A DNA stretch of 19,669 nt from Planctomycetota bacterium. GTDB taxonomy: Bacteria > Planctomycetota > SZUA-567 > H5-PLA8. Shown here one piece after another: positions 16,016 through 19,669 of the stretch. Every line of letters begins with the position of its first letter. Position 1 is the stretch's first letter. Location: assembly GCA_038227875.1 (NCBI GenBank), contig JBBRPR010000098.1:1-19669 (forward strand), written 5' to 3'. The position numbers and the translations under genes were made by a program. The notes below the pieces were generated by a model. The model did no database searches and was not told the origin of the DNA. It saw only the letters and a list, made by a program, of their open reading frames with translations.

Positions 16016-16990
16016 TCATGGATTCGCTGAAATCACATCGGCCAAAACATACTCGCCTCCGGCCAAACCGGTGACCTCGGCGATGGTCGAGACCCGGCGC
16101 CCTGGCGCGGTGGACGTCCTGGCGATAAACATGACGACATTGACCGCGCTGGCGATCGACCGCCGGGGAATAACCTGAGTGGCTTCACCCACCAAATCCT
16201 CAATGCGCCGAAGCGCATCCGCCGCCGAATTGGCGTGAACGGTGGCGACGCCGCCGGGATGTCCGGTGTTCCACGCTTTGATCATCGCCAGCGCCTCCGG
16301 CCCGCGCACTTCGCCGACGACGATTCGGTCTGGGCGCAGGCGCAGCGTCATCCGCAGCAAATCGGTCATGCTCACCCTGGGTTCCGTTCCCTTGGTCAAA
16401 AGTTCCACCTTATCTGTGGCCGGACATTGGAGTTCGCGCGTATCCTCCAGAATCACCACCCGGTCGGTACGGAAGGCCGGCTCGGCAAGGATCGCGTTGA
16501 CCAATGTCGTCTTCCCCGTCCCGGTGCCGCCGGCCACCAGAATGTTCTTGCGATCGGCGACCGCGCGGTGGATGAACGATGCGCCCTCGCTGGCGAGGAT
16601 GCCGGCCTTTATATAGTCGTCCAGCGTGTACACGACTGAAGCGCGTTTGCGGATCGTGAACACCGGTCGCTCGGCAAGTGGCGGCAGCACGCCTTGAAAC
16701 CTTTCTCCGGTGCGGGGGAGCACGCCGGCAACGGCCGGACGGTCGGGTGTGACCGTTTCCCCCATGTGGCTGGCCAGGAGGCGGATCGTTGTTTCGGCCG
16801 CCGCTGGCTCGATCCGGCCGATCTTCTCACGGCCCACGCCAACCCGGTCAACCCACAAGTGGCCATCAGGATTGGCCATGATTTCCACCACGTCGGCACG
16901 CGACAGCGCTTCGGCGATCACGGGTCCCAGGGCGTGGTAAAGGCTTTCGTGGTGACGATCCCGAACGACGTGATTGTTTCCCGCCATCAT
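16016..16990 (-). CDS. trbB: P-type conjugative transfer ATPase TrbB (VirB11 family)
   Basis: VVEIMANPDGHLW, Walker A GGTGTGKT, ILEDTRELQC, LRLRPDRIVVGEVRG, WNTGHPGG. Confidence 0.95.
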   Translation of the reverse strand: MMAGNNHVVRDRHHESLYHALGPVIAEALSRADVVEIMANPDGHLWVDRVGVGREKIGRIEPAAAETTIRLLASHMGETVTPDRPAVAGVLPRTGERFQGVLPPLAERPVFTIRKRASVVYTLDDYIKAGILASEGASFIHRAVADRKNILVAGGTGTGKTTLVNAILAEPAFRTDRVVILEDTRELQCPATDKVELLTKGTEPRVSMTDLLRMTLRLRPDRIVVGEVRGPEALAMIKAWNTGHPGGVATVHANSAADALRRIEDLVGEATQVIPRRSIASAVNVVMFIARTSTAPGRRVSTIAEVTGLAGGEYVLADVISANP

Positions 16991-16992
16991 GT

Positions 16993-17616
16993 TTATCTCC
17001 CGTTTGCACGTTGTGGCCGCTTCACTGAATCCTCCGGCGGTGTGAAGCCGGGTGAATCGAACAACCCCCAGTTCGAGCGCTCGAGCGGAATATCGCCTTT
17101 CGACGAACCGACGATCTCCCCATTTCCGGCAGTGGCATGCGCGGCTTTTCCGTTTTGCTTTTCTTTTGACGGTGCAGTCCCGTCCACTAATTCGGCGGTG
17201 CCCTGGTGTGGGACTTCTCCCAGAACGGAATCGCCGGCGTGAAGATTCCGAGCCAAAAGATCGAGATACCGGCCGAACCGAATCTTGCCGCTGAGCAGCG
17301 CAGCCGACTTGTCCGGCTCGGGGACCGCCGGCGTGTGGTTGAAGAACGATCGCATGCCCAGTCCCAGCATCTCTTTCATCACCCGCAACTCGAACTCGAC
17401 GCGACGCTCGAATCCGCGTAGTACCTGAAAGTTCCGCTCGACCGCCTTGAGGATCTCGGTCTCGCGCTCGCTCCGGTAGCTGGAGAGCAGCGATTCCTTG
17501 GCCGCTTCCGCGATCGCCGCGGAGACCGACATCTTCATGTGGCCGGCGCGCTCTTTGGCGGCCCTCACCACTTCGGCCTCGACCCGCACCGTCAATTGGA
17601 CCTTACGAGCGCTCAT
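16993..17616 (-). CDS. CopG/ribbon-helix-helix-like protein of the traG-trbB interval
   Basis: ATGA overlap with the traG stop and a GGAGGA RBS. N-terminal strand-helix-helix pattern (VQLTVRVEAEVVRAAKERA...SVSAAIAEAA). Synteny traG-RHH-trbB is typical of trb-type ICEs and plasmids. Confidence 0.75.
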   Translation of the reverse strand: MSARKVQLTVRVEAEVVRAAKERAGHMKMSVSAAIAEAAKESLLSSYRSERETEILKAVERNFQVLRGFERRVEFELRVMKEMLGLGMRSFFNHTPAVPEPDKSAALLSGKIRFGRYLDLLARNLHAGDSVLGEVPHQGTAELVDGTAPSKEKQNGKAAHATAGNGEIVGSSKGDIPLERSNWGLFDSPGFTPPEDSVKRPQRANGR

Positions 17617-19493
17617 ACATCCTCCTCCCGCCATGCTTCGGTATTTTCGTCCGATGCGATCTCGGCCCCGTCAACATCCGCCTCCATCTCCTGGCCGCGC
17701 GACGCGGACGGACTGCCGGGCCAGCCGCTGACGCGCGACGAAGGCAATAGAAGTTGCGGCCCCTTGGCGCGTTCGCGGAACCACTCCATTTGTGGGTGTG
17801 GGGGAACGTCAACTCGCTCTTTTTGAGACGGGGGCGGGAGGAGCCGACGCTTCAGGTGCGCGTCAGTGTAGTAGCGCAGCTTTTTCACCCGCATCGGCTT
17901 GAACCCGGTGACGAAGACAAGCTGGTCGTCCATCGGCAATTCGCGCACGTCGCCCGGCGATAGCAGGGGCCGCACCTGTTCGCTCTGGCTGACCGTTCTT
18001 CCCGCCAATCCCCAATGCCGGCCCAGGCGGGAGTAGCTTTCGCGATACTCGGTCACCGTCCCGGTCATCGCGCTGGTGCGCTGGCAGGTCGTCGTGTCGG
18101 CGCTGGCGAACGCGGTGAGGATGTGGCAGTTGTCCAGAATGGTGTTGTTCACGCCGTACTGCTCGATCACGTCATTGAAGGACTGCACAATCAGGTGGGC
18201 CGTGATCCCGTATCCCGCCATTTGGCGCAGATTCATCGTGAAAAAGTCGAGCCGCCCGAGCGTCGGGAATTCATCCAGCAGCAGGAGAAGCCGATGCCGT
18301 TTGGGCCGACCCCGGCTGTCGGACTCCAAGTGCTCCATCAGCGCCCGACAGGCCTGGTTCACCATCAACCGGATCAACGGTCGCAGACGCGGTGCATCCG
18401 ACGGCGGCGGCTGAAGGAAAAGCGTTATCGGCCGCTCCGCGCAGGCCAGGTCACTCAGCCGGAAGTCACTGGCGGACGTGTTCCGCGCTACCACGTCGTC
18501 TGCCCACAACGTCAGGTACGAGGCCGCGGTTCCACGAACACTGGCCTGGAATTTCTCGGGCTGGTGGAGCAACTCATTGGCAACCAGCGCCACCTCGGGA
18601 TGAACTTCCGGCGCGCCGCTGTTCGGGTTGAAGCGGTGAGGCAGGCTGGCCATCGCCCGGCAGGTCCGCTTGAAATCAAGCAACCGCGCTCGAACGACGG
18701 CAAGATTCTTGTGCTCGTCCTGTTCGGTGTAGAGCACATGCAGGATCAGCGCAACCAGAAATTGGCCGGCCTGCTGGTCCCAGATATCCATCGTCTGCTT
18801 CATCCCAGTGGGATTGACCAGCATTTCGACGAGGTTTTGCGCGTCCCGGATTTCGTTGGGACCTTTTCGGATCTCAAACAGCGGATTGAAGCGAACGCTG
18901 TCGGTGCGGGTTGGGTTGAAGAACACGCAATGTGAGAAGGTGGAGCGGAACCCGGCGGTGATGTCCCACAACTCATTCTTGACGTCGTAGACCAACACGC
19001 TGCCGTTCCAGTTCAACAGCGTCGGAACGACGTGGCCCACACCTTTTCCCGACCGGCTGGCGCCCGACACGAGCTGGTGTTCGGGTCCGTCGTAGGTCAA
19101 CCACCACCGCCCAAACTTTCCCAGCACCGTCCCATTGCCTGTGAGCAATCCGGCAGCTGCCATGTCTCGCCGTGTGGCCCAACGATCCCGTCCAAGCTCC
19201 TGGACGCGCAGCCCGGTCAACCCGCGACGTGCGGCAATGACGCTTAAGGTTGCCACCACAAAACCGCCGGCCAGAATCGCATATCCTTCGTTGAGCACGT
19301 TCGGAATATCCGAGCCGAAGCGCCGGCTCCATGTGACCAGCGCCCAGGGCGGATAAATCCAAAGCTGACCAAGGCGAAACGCCGGTCCGAGCGCGGTGTG
19401 GTAGTGCGTGCGGGACGCCACCCATTGCGTCGCGGTCACCAGCCCCGCAAGCAAAATGCATACATATAAGATGGCCAAGGTGCGCGTTTTCAT
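17613..19493 (-). CDS. traG: Type IV coupling protein TraG/VirD4
   Basis: N-terminal TM helices with ATQWVA...LG...YPPW, Walker A GASRSGKGVG, YDVKNE, RFNPL, Walker B LLLDEFP. Confidence 0.95.
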   Translation of the reverse strand: MKTRTLAILYVCILLAGLVTATQWVASRTHYHTALGPAFRLGQLWIYPPWALVTWSRRFGSDIPNVLNEGYAILAGGFVVATLSVIAARRGLTGLRVQELGRDRWATRRDMAAAGLLTGNGTVLGKFGRWWLTYDGPEHQLVSGASRSGKGVGHVVPTLLNWNGSVLVYDVKNELWDITAGFRSTFSHCVFFNPTRTDSVRFNPLFEIRKGPNEIRDAQNLVEMLVNPTGMKQTMDIWDQQAGQFLVALILHVLYTEQDEHKNLAVVRARLLDFKRTCRAMASLPHRFNPNSGAPEVHPEVALVANELLHQPEKFQASVRGTAASYLTLWADDVVARNTSASDFRLSDLACAERPITLFLQPPPSDAPRLRPLIRLMVNQACRALMEHLESDSRGRPKRHRLLLLLDEFPTLGRLDFFTMNLRQMAGYGITAHLIVQSFNDVIEQYGVNNTILDNCHILTAFASADTTTCQRTSAMTGTVTEYRESYSRLGRHWGLAGRTVSQSEQVRPLLSPGDVRELPMDDQLVFVTGFKPMRVKKLRYYTDAHLKRRLLPPPSQKERVDVPPHPQMEWFRERAKGPQLLLPSSRVSGWPGSPSASRGQEMEADVDGAEIASDENTEAWREEDV

Positions 19494-19669
19494 CGGCCTG
19501 CCTCCAGTCCGTCCAATGTCGCGTGTGTGCGCGCATCAAGCGTTGGGCCGCTCACCGGCTCAATCGCGGTGTCGCGGAATCCGCGTCGGTGCATCGTGAC
19601 CTCGTTGCCGCGAGCGGTGCCGGGCATTTGTCGGACGGGCGCGACATACACCGCGTCATCAGTCGTGAC
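19490..19669 (-). CDS. C-terminal end of the gene upstream of traG (partial; possibly the relaxase by synteny)
   Basis: Open frame from the window edge (VTTDDAVYVAPVRQMPG...LDGLEAGR*) whose TGA overlaps the traG ATG. Product inferred from gene order only. Confidence 0.55.
   Translation of the reverse strand, partial: VTTDDAVYVAPVRQMPGTARGNEVTMHRRGFRDTAIEPVSGPTLDARTHATLDGLEAGR

Noticed and set aside
18015..18935. 306-aa + strand ORF
   Set aside because: Antisense shadow of traG.
1..19669. CRISPR arrays, tRNA/rRNA genes, oriT, CBASS cyclase
   Set aside because: No regularly spaced repeats or RNA-gene signatures seen. No oriT can be supported. The E1/E2/JAB genes accompany a Ubl rather than a CD-NTase, so this is Bil and not CBASS.

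Overview
This looks like part of a conjugative element (ICE or plasmid) carrying about 14 kb of defence cargo. The right end holds minus-strand transfer backbone genes: a partial upstream ORF, traG/VirD4, a CopG/RHH-like gene and trbB. The usual trbC-trbI genes do not follow. The cargo contains, left to right: (1) a tightly coupled three-gene operon I cannot assign to a named system, encoding a Hanks-type Ser/Thr kinase, a 400-aa unknown alpha/beta protein and a wHTH-inserted PD-(D/E)XK nuclease-like protein; (2) a CapH/CapP-like HTH plus ImmA/IrrE regulator pair, divergent from a complete type II BilABCD bacterial ubiquitination operon, with face-to-face promoters that each carry a palindromic operator; (3) a type I restriction-modification locus (hsdR-hsdS-hsdM) with a frameshifted hsdS; (4) an IS630-family element whose transposase carries a nonsense mutation. 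Two diverged copies of a roughly 60-nt structured C-rich element (891-949 and 14730-14736 joined to 15948-16002) bracket the cargo. They show compensatory base pairing, the second is split by the IS630 insertion, and they are candidate undescribed sRNAs. All calls come from motif recognition by eye; no searches were run.
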